From assembly GCF_009914755.1 (NCBI RefSeq), contig NC_060929.1: a DNA stretch of 64,000 bases; one strand, written 5' to 3'. The notes beneath the pieces are model-generated. The model was given only the letters and a program-made list of their open reading frames with translations. It did no database searches and had not been told where the DNA came from. This DNA comes from the human T2T-CHM13v2.0 reference genome, Homo sapiens. Position numbers and translations under genes: made by a program. This document shows positions 28,384 through 42,765 of the stretch, piece after piece. The stretch's first letter is position 1. Each line of letters opens with the position of its first letter.

Positions 28384-28893
28384 GATCGAGGTGCAGCAGT
28401 CAGGCCGGGAAGATCCTGCATGTTGCGCTAGGGACTGCGCGCGGCGCCAAGCGACAACCCCCCAGCGGCCACTGCCCCGGCAGCAGCAGCTGCAGCAGCG
28501 GCAACTGCTCGAATCCCGGCCCCGGCTCGGGTTACCCGCCCCCACCCCCTCCAGCATCTCGGGCCAGACAGAGAAAACCTTGTTCAAGTTTGCAGCAAGT
28601 ACTTTCCCGGTGCGCAAAACTGGGCGACTGGGAACGCGTTGAGACGTTCCTCTTTCCCGCTTCTCCACCTTTACGCCTGAAAGAAGACTCCCAAAGATTG
28701 CTTTCTTCTGGGACGCTGCTTGGACGCTAACCGCGTTGATTGGAACAGATTTTGTGTCTTGGCTGGCTTTGGGTGAAGACCGGGGAGAAAAGGTTGCGCT
28801 GCGATTCTCAAGATCTCTGGACCTGGGTAAGAGTTGGGCAAACTCAACTCCGGCGGCTCCTGGACCTTGGCCGGACGCCGGAAGGCTTCTCAT
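28384..28893 (-). other. Candidate first exon of a divergent transcript (5' end unknown)
   Basis: Minus donor ATC|GTGAGT at 28384/28383, in phase 0 with ATGs at 28893 and 28557. Confidence 0.5.
28560..28826 (+). other. Probable non-coding first exon of an unidentified gene (5' end approximate)
   Basis: Donor TGG|GTAAGA at 28826/28827 near the island 3' edge; no ATG on + between 28423 and 28826; followed by intron-like sequence. Confidence 0.65.
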
Positions 28894-29964
28894 GGGCGGG
28901 GGTCACATTTTCCTTAGCCAGGGTACCGGGGTGCGGCGTGAGGTGGGGCGAGATGGGCTCAGTCTGCGTTGTTCATGCGCTTCTTAAGGGTTTATTGTTG
29001 TTTGCATTTGGTTTTGTTACATGGGATTGTGTAGGAAAATCCTGGAGTATTTTTGATGGAGAGACATCCTCATTACGCATTTTATTTTGCATAATTCCTG
29101 CCCTTGTATTGCCTTACCTTGTGTTTGTTTCATTTTGCCGGGCGATATAGCTGGATGTAGGGAGATTTGTGGGGAATCGGACTGAGCTTGAAAGGCAGTT
29201 TCAGCTGGGCCCTTTCTTCTAGGTCAGTTGAACTTCCTTTCTGGGATCTTCACTGTTTTCTAAACTTCTCTTTCTCCCGTCCTTGGTATTCAGATTGTGC
29301 AGATAACGCTCTAGGCTGGCGGGATGCTCCCCTTTCCTGAGTTCTCAGCGATCAGTAGGGGTGTGAGGTCGCAGTCTTAGACCAAAGGGGCCTTGTCAGT
29401 ATGCTTGGCTCCTTAAGGAGTGCTGGGAGGGACGGTTTTTCAAGTGATAGTTACTTAAGAAAGATAAATCCGGTGTTGATCTTTTTCTTTTAAATTCCTT
29501 GTTAGAGGACTTTTACGCCTGGTTTAAGGAAGTGTTTTGGCCTTAATTTTCTTTCTGGAAGTATTTTTCTTAGTGACACCACTGAGCAAATGAATGATGG
29601 CAATATCTTTGCTGCTTCTTTAGAAAATATCCTCACGCAAGGACCCACATTATTTAGGAGAAAGTCAAAGTTGGAGATCTTATTAGCCAAAATTAGCCAT
29701 TATTATTGTTCTTAGGCTGTGATAACCATGCTGTGCCAAGGCAGAAGAGAATGACATTTCTTCTTGTTCTTCTTGCCTTACTCCTTTATATCCTGGGTCT
29801 CACTTTGTGTATAGGGTTCCCAAATAAAAATGCTTCATTCCTTATGGACAGAAATACTGGGGCCAATTTATATTATCCAGAAATGTCATCTTCCTGACAC
29901 GAGTGCTCCAAGAGGTCAGCTTGCAGGGAACTTTTAATTTTACCACTGAGAGTTCAAAGAGTTC

Positions 29965-30197
29965 AGTTGGTAAACTCTGGGCACCCGCCAGCCTGGGTTC
30001 AGCTCACAACTCTGCCACTTTTCAGTTCTGTGATTTTGGGGTAAGTTACTTAATCTGTTTATCCACATATGTAAAATCAAAATGATAATAATAGCACTTA
30101 CATCAGACAATTGTTAAAGGGATTAAGTAAGTTAATGCATGTGAAGGACTAACAAGCCTGACACATAGTAGGCACAAATTAGCTTTATTATTATTGT
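29965..30197 (+). mobile_element. MIR
   Basis: GCCTGGGTTC...CTCTGCCACT...GGTAAGTTACTTAATC...GATAATAATAGCACTTAC...GGATTAAGTAAGTTAATGCATGTGAAG. Confidence 0.85.
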
Positions 30198-31399
30198 ATA
30201 GCTAGCATTAACTATTGTTGTATCCCTCTAGTATAGCTTCTATTAGCTGTCAGTAAGTGTTAGCTATTATTCCTATTTGGATGGACTTTGAAGACTGTGC
30301 TCATCTGTAAGCTTCACTACCACCTATTGTCAAACTTAGCTCAGACATGATCTTTGTATTGCTTTTTTGTTGTGGCACTTTCAGTTGGAAAAATAAAGGT
30401 GTATATGGCAGAGCTGGAATTTATAGGGTGGTGGGTCATGGATGGGCACCAAAGACTACTTGGAACAGGTGAGGAGGTGGGAAATCTACACTCAGTTCAC
30501 AGCCTGTATACCTCCTTGGAAATCCTTTACATTAATATACTTTCTTTAACCTATTTTTTAGAGGTCACTCATTTGTTCAGTAAGTATTTATTAACCATCT
30601 ATTACATGTCAAGCACTGTTTTAGGTTTTATATTTTAAAAATGGCTATGCATGAGTATTGGCTTTATGTGCCTCCTCCCATTTCAAGTGTGTGACCTAGC
30701 ACTCTATAAATTAAATCCCAAGTATTTTTAGCTACACAATTTCCATACCTGTTAAAATGCTCATAAGAGCACATAAAAAGCACGTATCATTGAGAAATTG
30801 AACAAAATATTCCCTATGACCTCAAGCAGATTGCTTTTCTCCATTTAGGCATCAGTTTTATTATGTATAAACTTGTGTTGAGAGGTGGGGAAAGAGTAGA
30901 ATAACCTCCAGTGTTCCTTCTGGCTCCAAAATCCTTAAATTAGCTGCCTTACTTCATTGGTGGCTGTTTTTGAACCCCCACTTTTCTCTTTTAACATTTG
31001 TTTTAGGTACATAAATTACGTTACTTCCATCTTTGCATATTCATCAAAGTGAGTAACAACATCGATAATTAATGAAAAGGGAAAAGCGTTTATCTCTGTC
31101 TGTCTTTCACTATTCTCAGACTTTGGTTTATACCAGAAGCATGAAGTGGGGAGATTTGTTAAAATATTAGAGTGAACTATGAGAAATTGCTGATATTTGA
31201 CCATTTTTGACCTAAATAAATGGCAATTTTGTATGGTTCAAACTATACAAACCCTAATCCCTTCTGCCTTGATTTAGAAGTAGTAAGTCTTCTGTGAGTT
31301 GTGAGAAGTCTGCATTTTTACAAGTTCCCCAGGTGATTCTAATGCAAAACTCAAGTCACATGCTCATTTAGCAGCAGTGAATTTACCTTCTTTGTGATT

Positions 31400-32160
31400 G
31401 TCTGCTTGGTTTAATAGTGTATTTCTAAAATGCAAATCTGATCATGTTATTCCCTTGTTTAAAAATCTTTGGCAGCTCTCTGGATGGTGAATGTCAGTGT
31501 TACCTGGGTGCATGTTGAAAATATAGATTCCAGGGCTTCACCCCAGAAGTAAGGGCCAGTAATCTGCATTTTGAGATCTCCAGGTGAACCTGGTAAAGCT
31601 GACGTCAGATCACATTTGGAGAAACACTGGCTTACAGCATAAAGTCTCACCTCCTTACCGCTATACACAAGACCACCTTTGCAGCACTTCTCAGGGTTAT
31701 TTTCTGCTTCTCTGGTCCCCAGCTCTCCAGCTCCCACTGATCTTGATCTTGTTACTATCTCAAGAATACGCTGTGCACTTTCACTCTTCCATGACCCAGC
31801 TGTATATGCTGTTCCTTCCTCTGAAAATGTCTTTGACCCTCTTTCCTGTCTAACCAACCACTTACCACCCATTCATCTTTTAAGACACTATTCAAATCCC
31901 TTTGAAGACTTTCCCTCTGAAGTTTTTCCCAATTATCTCATAAACTTAGCGATATCTCATGCGAGTTCCCATTCTTGTGGATAGATTTAATATAGCATAA
32001 TCACATTGTATCAGCCATATTTATTATCTGAATGTTTATCCCTAACAGATTGGTGAGTTCATCATTCCTTATTGTAAGCTCTTATACAAGTGGCTGGCCC
32101 ATAGTAGTTATGGAATAAATGCCTAGAGAATGTTGGAGAAAAGTAAATGGATGAATGATA
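31400..32160 (+). mobile_element. L2 3' part with a MER5A insertion at ~31490-31629
   Basis: TTCTAAAATGCAAATCTGATCATGT...; ends GGATGAATGA; MER5A block AATCTGCATTTTGAGATCTCCAGGTGA...TTTGGAGAAACACTG. Confidence 0.7.
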
Positions 32161-32264
32161 GTCAACATTTTCTTAGCAGACAAAGTGGTTGGGACAGTAT
32201 TGTATACATATGGAGGGTGTGGAAAAGCCAGTTGGGAATTTCCAGTTTGGCTAGACATAGCCTA

Positions 32265-32675
<411 letters not shown>

Positions 32676-34681
32676 TTAATGTTACATGTTGAACATTATT
32701 GCAGGCAGTATAATGAAGAGCTGAGCTTATCCTTTAGGATGGTTTTGGTTTGGTTTTTGGAATGACGTGTCAGAGCACTGGAAAGGAAGTGCCAATGCCA
32801 ATAAAAACCAACTTTGCTCTGTGCTTTTCCATTTATAAAACACTTCTGCTTCTGTTTTTGTATTTGATCAGAAACATGGTGACTGGTTCAATACTGTCTT
32901 TCCTTCTTTCCTGAAAGGACACATTCCTGAAAATAGGTCTGAAGATTGTATAAAAGCCTACATATTATAGGGGATTCTGGCCATAGAAAGCCAAATATAT
33001 TATGAAATCTCTAATTATATCTTGCTATTTAGACACAGCATTCAGTGTATACTCCATTTTCTAATTTTTCTTTCTTTAAACTTTACACAATTTTGGTTAT
33101 TTTCTCCTCATTTCAATAACAGTTGACCAGCTCAAGTTCAATAAATGTCTGATTCAGATGAAAAGATTTGCCATTTTTGGCATGTCTAATAACTTCTACC
33201 TTTGTCTTACTTAGTTTATGAGACAAACACTTCTCATAATTACTATTAGGCTTTTAATTTTCCCATTTCCCATTCACTTTTTTGTAATAATGAAAATATG
33301 CAGTAACATTTGAATAAGTGAATGAATAATTCTCTGGGTAATGACAAGGATGGTGATTCTGCAAAAATTGAACTATTGGCTTAGGGCAGCTGCACCATAA
33401 AATAAACAACATAAAAAGTTCATTCATTAGCTGGCATCTGAGTGTCATCATGACACAGGGCAGGGAGGTAGTAGCATCAATAGATGTAGTACAAATATCC
33501 ACATTGATGGACTTCAAACGAAGCAATATTGAGGACTGCCTTTACTCTCAGTTTCTCAAGGGTGTGTACCCAGTATCTGGTTTTAATAATTAGTTTAGTT
33601 TTAAGAATTAATACAAGATTCACTGGGTTCTGTTGATTTGTCTTCTTTTAAAATTATGTTTCTGAAATGAACTTTTTCTAGCTTAGCATAAGCCTGTATC
33701 ATTTTCTGCCAACCTTTGGAAGTCTTTTAACTGCTCTCCTAATCTCTTTATTCAGTCATTCATTCATTCTTCATATCTGAATGTCCTGAAATTTTTAATT
33801 TACCTTTTGTCTCTCTTTACCATTTTGCATTATTGTTCACCATGATCATTCTAACTCTTTTTAAATATAGTTATTGCAGAGGACTAATTTAGAGCATTTA
33901 GTAAAAGGATTTCTCATACTATGAGGGAAAAAGAAGGTACAAACCAATGTTATTTTACTTTATAGAACTTTATTTGTGGAATGGCAAGTCACTGTGTGGA
34001 TGTTATTTGATAATGCAAACTCTGTGGCATTAGCCAATCTGGAAAGTGTGAATGTGATAATACATCCTGTTATTATGGTTGTTCATTTCTAGTGATTTCC
34101 TCTCTTATTTCATTTCTAGTGATTTATACTCCTAGATAAAGAAACTATGTAAAGCATTTAAGCACCTCAATTTCCTACTTAGAGGGCAATAAATTGTACC
34201 CCTTCCCACTTCTAAGACAAAGAAAACAGTATTTCAGTATGGAAAACCTCATCTTGATAGGTACATGTGCAGGATATTAGCATCTGTTAAAAACATCTTA
34301 TCTTTGGGAACATCCTAGAGGATGACTAAGTGCCTTGTCATTAATGTCTCATCTGACCCAGATGAGCTGTACAGATTTGGCTGTTTCTCAACATAGCCAC
34401 AGGTGGTGGTTCCCAAGATGGATCTTTTGAATACCTTCTGCTGAAGAATTTTGGCTTTCTTAAAAAATAATTTTTGATGGCAAATTGAAAACTAAAACAC
34501 ACAAATTTAACTTGTTCCTCACAGAGTGAAATAGAACTATGAAATTTTTGCTTGGTGGCACAGAAGACTAATCCTACAATCAAAACAAAAAAATTTAAAT
34601 ATCCACCCCTATTGACATCTTGAGAAAAGTACTTGAGTTTGGATGAAGAATTGATAAAAAATATGTGACTTGGTTCTTTAA

Positions 34682-35033
<352 letters not shown>

Positions 35034-35132
35034 GTTTATCAGATATTTATTAGCTGTGTAGGGCATAGGGGAAAATACCATGTGTAATTACCAAGAAGCT
35101 CTTGCCTTCGAGGAAAAAACAGACTAAAAAAG

Positions 35133-35218
35133 TACACATTGCATGCCCATATAAAATATCTCATGTAACCCATAAATATATACATCTACTATGTACCCTC
35201 AACAATTAAAAAAAAAAC
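35133..35218 (+). mobile_element. L1MA/L1PB extreme 3' fragment
   Basis: AAAATATCTCATGTAACCCATAAATATATACATCTACTATGTACCC plus A tail. Confidence 0.75.
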
Positions 35219-36269
35219 AACAACTGAGCAGGTAAGCCTGGGTATAGTAAGAGCCAAGTGGCAGTTTTGAGAGCTGCCACAAGAGCTCACTGGAGGCTTC
35301 CTGGCAGTGTGGGACCTTGAAGGAGAGATTTGAATGGATGGGGCATCTTAGGTGGGGGAATGGGCTCAGCAAACATGTGGTGGCAGGAATTTACAAAGCA
35401 TCTTCAAGCAATAGTGATTAAACCATTCCATAGTAGTGGTGAGTTTACATTTGAGAATAATTTTATAATAGGCACTTACAGGACCTGCCCATCCCCATAG
35501 TACTATCTGCGTTAAAGGAACCCTTCACATTACACTGCAGTTATTTTATAGAAACTAGATGGGATTAGGGGGACCTATTGAGATTCAAGTAAAAATTGGC
35601 TAGAAATCTTCCTCCCTATTCCATGAGAAGGTGTAAAATGAGAAAACTGTTCTTCCTTTCAACCACTATGGGATTCTTGGGGCTAGAGACGGAGACAGGG
35701 CTCATGTTTCTTCTAGTGTCACCTGGATCTGAATTCATATTTTCCCTTAAGAAGTTTAAAATGATCCGAAGCCACTCACCCAGCCACGAATAACCTTCAC
35801 TTCATAAAATGCCACCAAATGTGTGGCTTGAGTGTTTAGAATTTTAAGGTTTGGGACTATGGAAAGAGTTCATATCTTAACACTTAGAACTAAATGTTAA
35901 ACATCCTTGCTTTCTAACAGTTCATCCTACCATTGCCACTTTCTCACCGCCCATCTTTTTCTGAAGGCTACCACCTCCACCAGGTGGCTTCAGCGCTGTC
36001 CTGCTGTCCCTGCACTCCTCCTCTCTTGCTCACTGATGACCCACACCCACATTCCTATTATCATCTGAAGCCCTCATCGTTCTCACCTGTCTTCGTCTCA
36101 GGTGTTTTTCCCCCAACACTAAGATTTGATAACCACAGTATAAAGTATTTGTCCTTCCAGTATCCTCCCTGCTTTCAGCTGGTTCCTTAAACAGATGTGC
36201 AAAATCAGACCATGAGTGAGGTTAGAAATGCTTGAGGCATGTTTACCCTGTGCTCTGACTTCAGAGGCA

Positions 36270-36380
36270 CGAGAATCACCTGCAGATACTGGCTCCTCCC
36301 TAGATTTTGATTCGGTAGGTGCGTAGTGGGGTCCCAGGATGTGTATTTTTAACAAGGTGTGCTGATGCAGGTGGCCCATA
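36270..36380. mobile_element. MER5A fragment
   Basis: AGAATCACCTG...GATTTTGATTCGGTAGGT...TGTGTATTTTTAACAAG...CTGATGCAGGTGG. Confidence 0.65.
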
Positions 36381-39379
36381 TATGCATGATAATCCTTGTT
36401 GGACTTATAGTGCCCCATTCAAAAGGCATGCCTTTTTTGTGTGTTTTTAAATTTTAGTGACTTGGCCAGAGGGGGTCACAGAGAATAGCTGGTCTGTGAG
36501 AACCCATGCCTCTCCTCTCTACTTGAAGGGACAATGGCTGTAACACAACGCTGTTCATGTGACAGCCGGAGTAAAGGACCCATTGTTCAGGGGTTGGCTG
36601 ATGTGCCATTCTGCTGCGGCCAGCCGTCCAACTGAGCTTGGTAGCCCCAAGGAAACAGACACACTTAAATCAGAGAGACAAAGAAAGGAGGTCAAGGCCT
36701 TCCACAGTTAAACTACTTGCAGCAATGTGTCAGAGGTAGGATCTGGGAAGGAAAAAAGTAATTCCAAGGAAGCATCATTAATCCTCTGGTTTTGGAGCTG
36801 CAGACATGGCGTTGGGGGAACACAAGTCTGTCAAAAAGCCAGTGGATCTTTGGCCAAGGAAGAATTATTTTCTACTGCGTCACACTGATTGCAGGACTTA
36901 TCTGATTGCAGGATTTTATTACTGATTTAAAAAATAAAAAAGCCTCCCTGTGTCCCCAGGCTCATCAAAGGTACCTGATCTGAAAGCCTGCCTAAATCAA
37001 GGTCTATGACTTCAGAGAACAATTCTGTGTTCCTGGGAATGGTCACTGTGTATATATTAATAATTCCCTTCCAGATCTAGATAGCTGTTTTGAAGCTAAG
37101 AATTTTTTGAGTCTGAAATACAATGAGTGCCATTAGAAAGTTATTGATAAGTTTGGACAGTTATGAGGCTGGGGGACTCTCCAGATGCCATCTAGATACC
37201 CTCCCTCACCCCTAACTTTCAAACTGGATTCTAGCCCTGGAGGGAAAGGGTTGCAAACTTCCTGTAAAAATCTAATCCTGAGCCCAACAATTGCTTACAT
37301 TCTTTGTGTCAGAAGAAGATTCAAATTCAAGGTCACAGCCTTTGCAAAGGTCACAGACTTTTTCCACAGGATTGTTCTTTTAGCCTGATTACTCCCTTTA
37401 TGAAAAAGTATGTCATTCATTCAGCCTTTGCCTCTGGGTTTCTTTCAAAGGGAGACTTAGTTCCTAGTTCCTGTGGATACTTGTAGGTGGCTTTTCTTTT
37501 CTTTCCTTTTTGTTTTTTTTTTTTTAAGTTAGGCACAGAATACAGACTTGAATGAGGCAGAACAGGGAAAGCCTTTTCTGGACGTGATGGGTTCTGGAGA
37601 GCCCATTTACACCAAGTGTTAGGCAGCTGGTGTTCCCTGGCCAGTAGGAATCCTTTTGTCTCTGAGATAAGAGGTTTGTGTCCAGGAGAGGGCAATATGT
37701 GATTTGCTTGAGGTCACTTAGAGCTCCTAGTAATTATGTCTGTCATTGTACCTTGATTATAGATTATCATTGCAAATCCATTAAAGAAGGAGAAGCAAGC
37801 GGATTTCAGAGAGGCAAGTAGCTTTATTTTCTTCATTATGTTTTCATTCCCCCCCTCTGTTACAGTTTGTTTCTTCTTTACTAAATGGTTTTGCCAATGA
37901 TATAGATGACTTTGAAGTGGAGAATGGGAAGAGGAGACTTCGTGGGTGGCGAAAGGACTGTGCTAAACACTCTCCTGATTAGTTCATTAATTTTCAATTT
38001 GTTGCCATTAGGCCTGTTCATTTGGCTCCCCATTTGTGTGATATAGAGAGGCTTGCCCTCAATGCTTCCAGGCCCGAATACTGTGCTATCCTTGAAGTTC
38101 TGTGTAGGTACAGCACTTTTTTTAAAAATAGGAAAGTTAAATGGTCCCTTTTACTGTTGTTGTTTGTGTCCCAAGTAGTATATATAATACTAAATGCTTT
38201 TGTAGGCATAGGATGCTTAATGGGACTTAGTTTTGTGTCAGAATAAGGGTCCTGCCCAACAAGGGCTTCTGGGATGCTGACATTACATTTAATCTAAGCA
38301 CTGGTTGTTATGGGTATGTTCAGTTTGTGAAAACTTATTGACCTGTTCAGTTTTGATTTATGGCTTTTTTTCTGTCTGCATTTTACACTTCAATAAAAAA
38401 TTCAAAAATTAAAGCCCCATGTTTAATGTAGAATTAAGGATCTATCATGATGGGAAACTGGAAACTCTCACATAATTTGAATCCTGGTGCAGCTGGGAGG
38501 GCCTAGAGCTTTAAATACCCATCAATTCACCCTTACTTCTACAGTCAGAGAGCTGTGTGTCAGAATGCAATGCATTAGCACCATCATAGGTGATTGCTTT
38601 ACTTCTCTAGGCAGCAACTCCAATGCCTAAGAGATCAATAGTGTTAGCAGAGCCCCACTCTTTAGAATCTAAAACAAATGCACCTCTCTAAGTTGGCCAA
38701 GCAGCAAATCTTTTCATTCCCACTTTCCACCCTCCTTTCACTCATTTTAGTCTGTCAGGAGAAATCAGAAGAAGACTCTATGGATTATGGATGTTTTCCT
38801 GAATCTTTGGATGACATCTCTCTTATGGTCTAATAGTGGAATGCTTTGTTTCCCTCCGATTTCTCTAACTGGGATGAGTTGATATGAGGGGTGAAGTCTT
38901 TGGCTTATCTCCGTCACTCATTTCCACTGACACTTCCTGAGCTCCTCAGTGAGCCACAGGAGCAATACCTGCAAACCCATGCTTCCAGTCCCAGAACAAC
39001 CTGTCGTCCTTTTTCTCTTGAGAAGACCCTTGTCCTCCATCAGTGTGGCGCTGCATATATTATACTAAAGTGAGCCATGAGTCATTGTACTGATAGAACA
39101 TTCCAGCTTGCTTTTATAATATGGAGTTGGTAGACTGAAATGGAGAAAATAGGAGCATTTTTTTTTTCTCCAAAAGAGAGTTTGGGGCCCTTCGCTTTGA
39201 AATGGGTGCAGCACATCTATGAGAGGTCTGAGTACTAAATGTGTACCCTTCATTTTGGCCATTGGACTTACAGGTTGGATGTTGATTTACACAAACACAT
39301 GTGATTAAAGTTGTGGGTTAACAGACAAGATTCTGATGTTCTGGGTCTATTGCTGACCTTGTCATTTACTGTATGAGGT

Positions 39380-39567
39380 ATGACAAACTGGGCTGGAATC
39401 CCTTCTCTACCACTGACATCTTGGTGACTTTGGGCAGGCTACTCAAGCTCTCTAAAGCCTCTTTTCATCAAATGTGAAAAGATAATAGCATATACTTCAA
39501 AGATTGTTGCATTTAGCATAGTGGTAGGCACATAGTAAATGCTCAATATATATTAGTTATTATTATT
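39380..39567 (+). mobile_element. MIR
   Basis: GTGACTTTGGGCAGGCTACTCAAGCTCTCTAAAGCCTC...GGCACATAGTAAATGCTCAATA. Confidence 0.8.
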
Positions 39568-39884
39568 TAACACCAAGTAATGTTAAAATAGGGAAGAATA
39601 ATTAACACATCTAGGAATCAGGTCTGCTTCTCATGAAAGAATCGTTCAAATGCTTAAATAAGATTCTATTAATTAAATGCAGACGTTAGAAAATGTAGTC
39701 TCTGATAGAAGGCATAAACTATAAGGAATTTACAATATTTTGGAATACAAAACAGTTAAATTTACTTATAAGCATAAATGTCTTTTAAGATAGTATGTTA
39801 CTAAACAAAAAATTATTTATCTTAACTATAGAATTAGGATGAGGCTGCTAGTGAATGAATTTGTTTTTCCTTAGTAAGATGTCA

Positions 39885-40385
39885 ACAGAATTGAAAACAG
39901 GTGTTCAAACAATGTCTTGTGTACAAATGCTCCTAGCAGCATTATTTACAACAGCCAAAACTATTATTTTTGGTGGAAACAACCCAAATGTCTATCAACT
40001 GATAAAGGGATAAACAAAATGTGATATATTTACAGAATGGAATATTATTTAGTCATGGAAAGAAATGAAGTATGTATGATACATGCTACAACATGGATGA
40101 ACCTTAGCAATATTATGCTAAGTGAAAAAAGCTAGACACAAAAGACCACATATTGTGTGGTTTCACTTATATAAAATATCTAGAAGAGGCAACTCAACAG
40201 AGACAGAAAGTAGATTAGTGATTTCCAGGGTCTGGGGGAAGGGAAAAATTAGGAGTGACTGTTTGATGGGCATGGCTTTTTCTTTTAGGACAATGGAAAT
40301 ATTCCAGAACTAGATAGTGATGATGGTTGCACAACAGGGTTAAAATGATGAATGTTTGGTTATGCAAATTTTTTAAAGGTTAAAA
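39885..40385 (+). mobile_element. L1MB-type 3' end
   Basis: GGAAACAACCCAAATGTCTATCAACTGAT...ACATGGATGAACCTT...GAGACAGAAAGTAGATTAGTG. Confidence 0.85.
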
Positions 40386-40822
40386 AAGTTATCTCAAAAA
40401 AATCAGCAGATGTTTGCATTTAGGTGAGATGTGTCTGCATAGATCAGTTGACCCCTGGTCACGTGTGTGCTATGAGGCAAGCCTTTGTTGCATACTGAGG
40501 AGAATGCCAAAAATGGCAAGATGCAGCCTTCAGCGCCTTGCCAGTCTGTTTATGAGGAAAGGAAAGGAGGAGGAAGCAGGTAATCTGTTCCAAGTGAATC
40601 CGTCTCAGAAGGAGAGATCATCGGATTTGGTGACCAGAGAAGGCTTCTTGGAAGAGATGGGACATTGAAAGATTTGTGAGCTTTGTGTAATCACAGAAGA
40701 GGAGAGAGTACCCCAATGGCAGAAATGTACAGCCCTGGGGAGGGAGAGGAGTATGGGCAAGGACAAGCAGGGATGGCCAGACTAAAGGATTTGTATAATG
40801 GAATATCAAGAGATAAGGTTGG

Positions 40823-41323
<501 letters not shown>

Positions 41324-41504
41324 TTATTCAGTAAATATTGATTGAGCCCTCATACTCCATGCAATCTTCTATGCTAGGGACAGGGCAATATCTAAGATTA
41401 AACACATTTCCTGCCCTCCTGGAGTTGCATTCTAGTACACATTTCAAGCATTGACTTCTATGTCCAGTGGACAAATGTAGTTGAAAAGTTAAGGTGTGGA
41501 TGTA

Positions 41505-41740
41505 TTAGAATGTAGTGGGGTATGGGTCCTAGAATCAGATTTCTTGGCTTTGAATCCTGGCTTGCCCCATTGTTAACTGAATGTATGTCCATGAAACAGT
41601 TACTCTATGCTTCAGTTTCCTTATAATTTAAGAGGGGATAATTATGTTAGCTCTTTAATAGAGCTGTTATGAAGTTTAATTGAGAAAATAAATGAAAAGG
41701 ACTTAGGATAGTACCTGGCATATAGCAAATGCTCAGTAGG
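41505..41740 (+). mobile_element. MIR
   Basis: TTTGAATCCTGGCT...CTCTATGCTTCAGTTTCCTT...CCTGGCATATAGCAAATGCTCAGTA. Confidence 0.8.
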
Positions 41741-42228
41741 GCTTTCTTGTTTTTTGTATCTGAGATTTTAATTTCTACTCAAGGATTTGTCTAGGTCACT
41801 TCTGTTTTTAACTGAGTGAGTCTATTTCAGAATCCTGGCATATTGTATCTCAGGTCTGAGCTCTCCTTAATATGCTGTATGATTTTGGACATTGAACTTG
41901 TTGAATTAATTAGCATACAAACTCTGCCTTCCTAATTCAGGCAAGCTGCAAAATTCTTCTTTCCAACAGACCACAGTTCTGGTCTTGTTTTGGGCAGAAG
42001 CTTCTAGATAATGCTCCTTCTAGACCCTGAATCAAGAAGTCTTTTGAAGCATCCTGGCCTGAGAGAGCCTGAGAGGTGACCTGACCTCAGGACATCTAGT
42101 CTCCCTCTGGAGAAGCCATAGTTTGAATTTAATTTCTTTGTGTTACCACATCATAAGGGCTATGGGCCTCCTCAGCTCTCTGTGCCTCTGTGCCCCTTTC
42201 CATGAGCTGGGATGAAATAGCCAACTAG

Positions 42229-42561
<333 letters not shown>

Positions 42562-42624
42562 TGGAGGTGTGTTCCTATGAGTGTATTCAGAAGGATGCCT
42601 CGAAGCTTGTGGAAAGAGATTGAG

Positions 42625-42765
42625 AAAGAGAGCCCTTACCAGAAACCAAATTGGCTAGGACCTTGATCTTGGACTTCCTGCCTCCAGAACCATAAGAAAT
42701 AAATTTCTACTGGCTAAGCCACCCTGTCTATGGTATTTTGTTAACAGCCTGAGCAGACGAAAACA
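42625..42765 (+). mobile_element. MaLR LTR 3' fragment (MLT1A/MST)
   Basis: CCTTGATCTTGGACTTCCTGCCTCCAGAACCATAAGAAATAAATTTC...GCCACCCTGTCTATGGTATTTTGTT. Confidence 0.8.

Larger units (their letters stand above)
27850..28990. promoter_or_regulatory. CpG island promoter, probably bidirectional
   Basis: The only extended CpG-dense, GC-rich, repeat-free tract in the window; GC boxes (CCCCGCCCC ~28017, CCCGCCCCC ~28535); splice donors on both strands. Confidence 0.92.

Noticed and set aside
28560-28826. Assigning a gene symbol to the + strand gene
   Set aside because: No coding exon lies in the window and I cannot identify the 5'UTR with confidence
28041-29150. Plus-strand ORFs across the CpG island (132, 140, 136 aa)
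   Set aside because: Non-ATG starts, overlapping in several frames, low complexity; typical of CpG islands
34082-34125. 17-bp direct repeat TTCATTTCTAGTGATTT with a 10-bp spacer, as a CRISPR-like unit
   Set aside because: Only two copies in eukaryotic DNA; a simple local duplication
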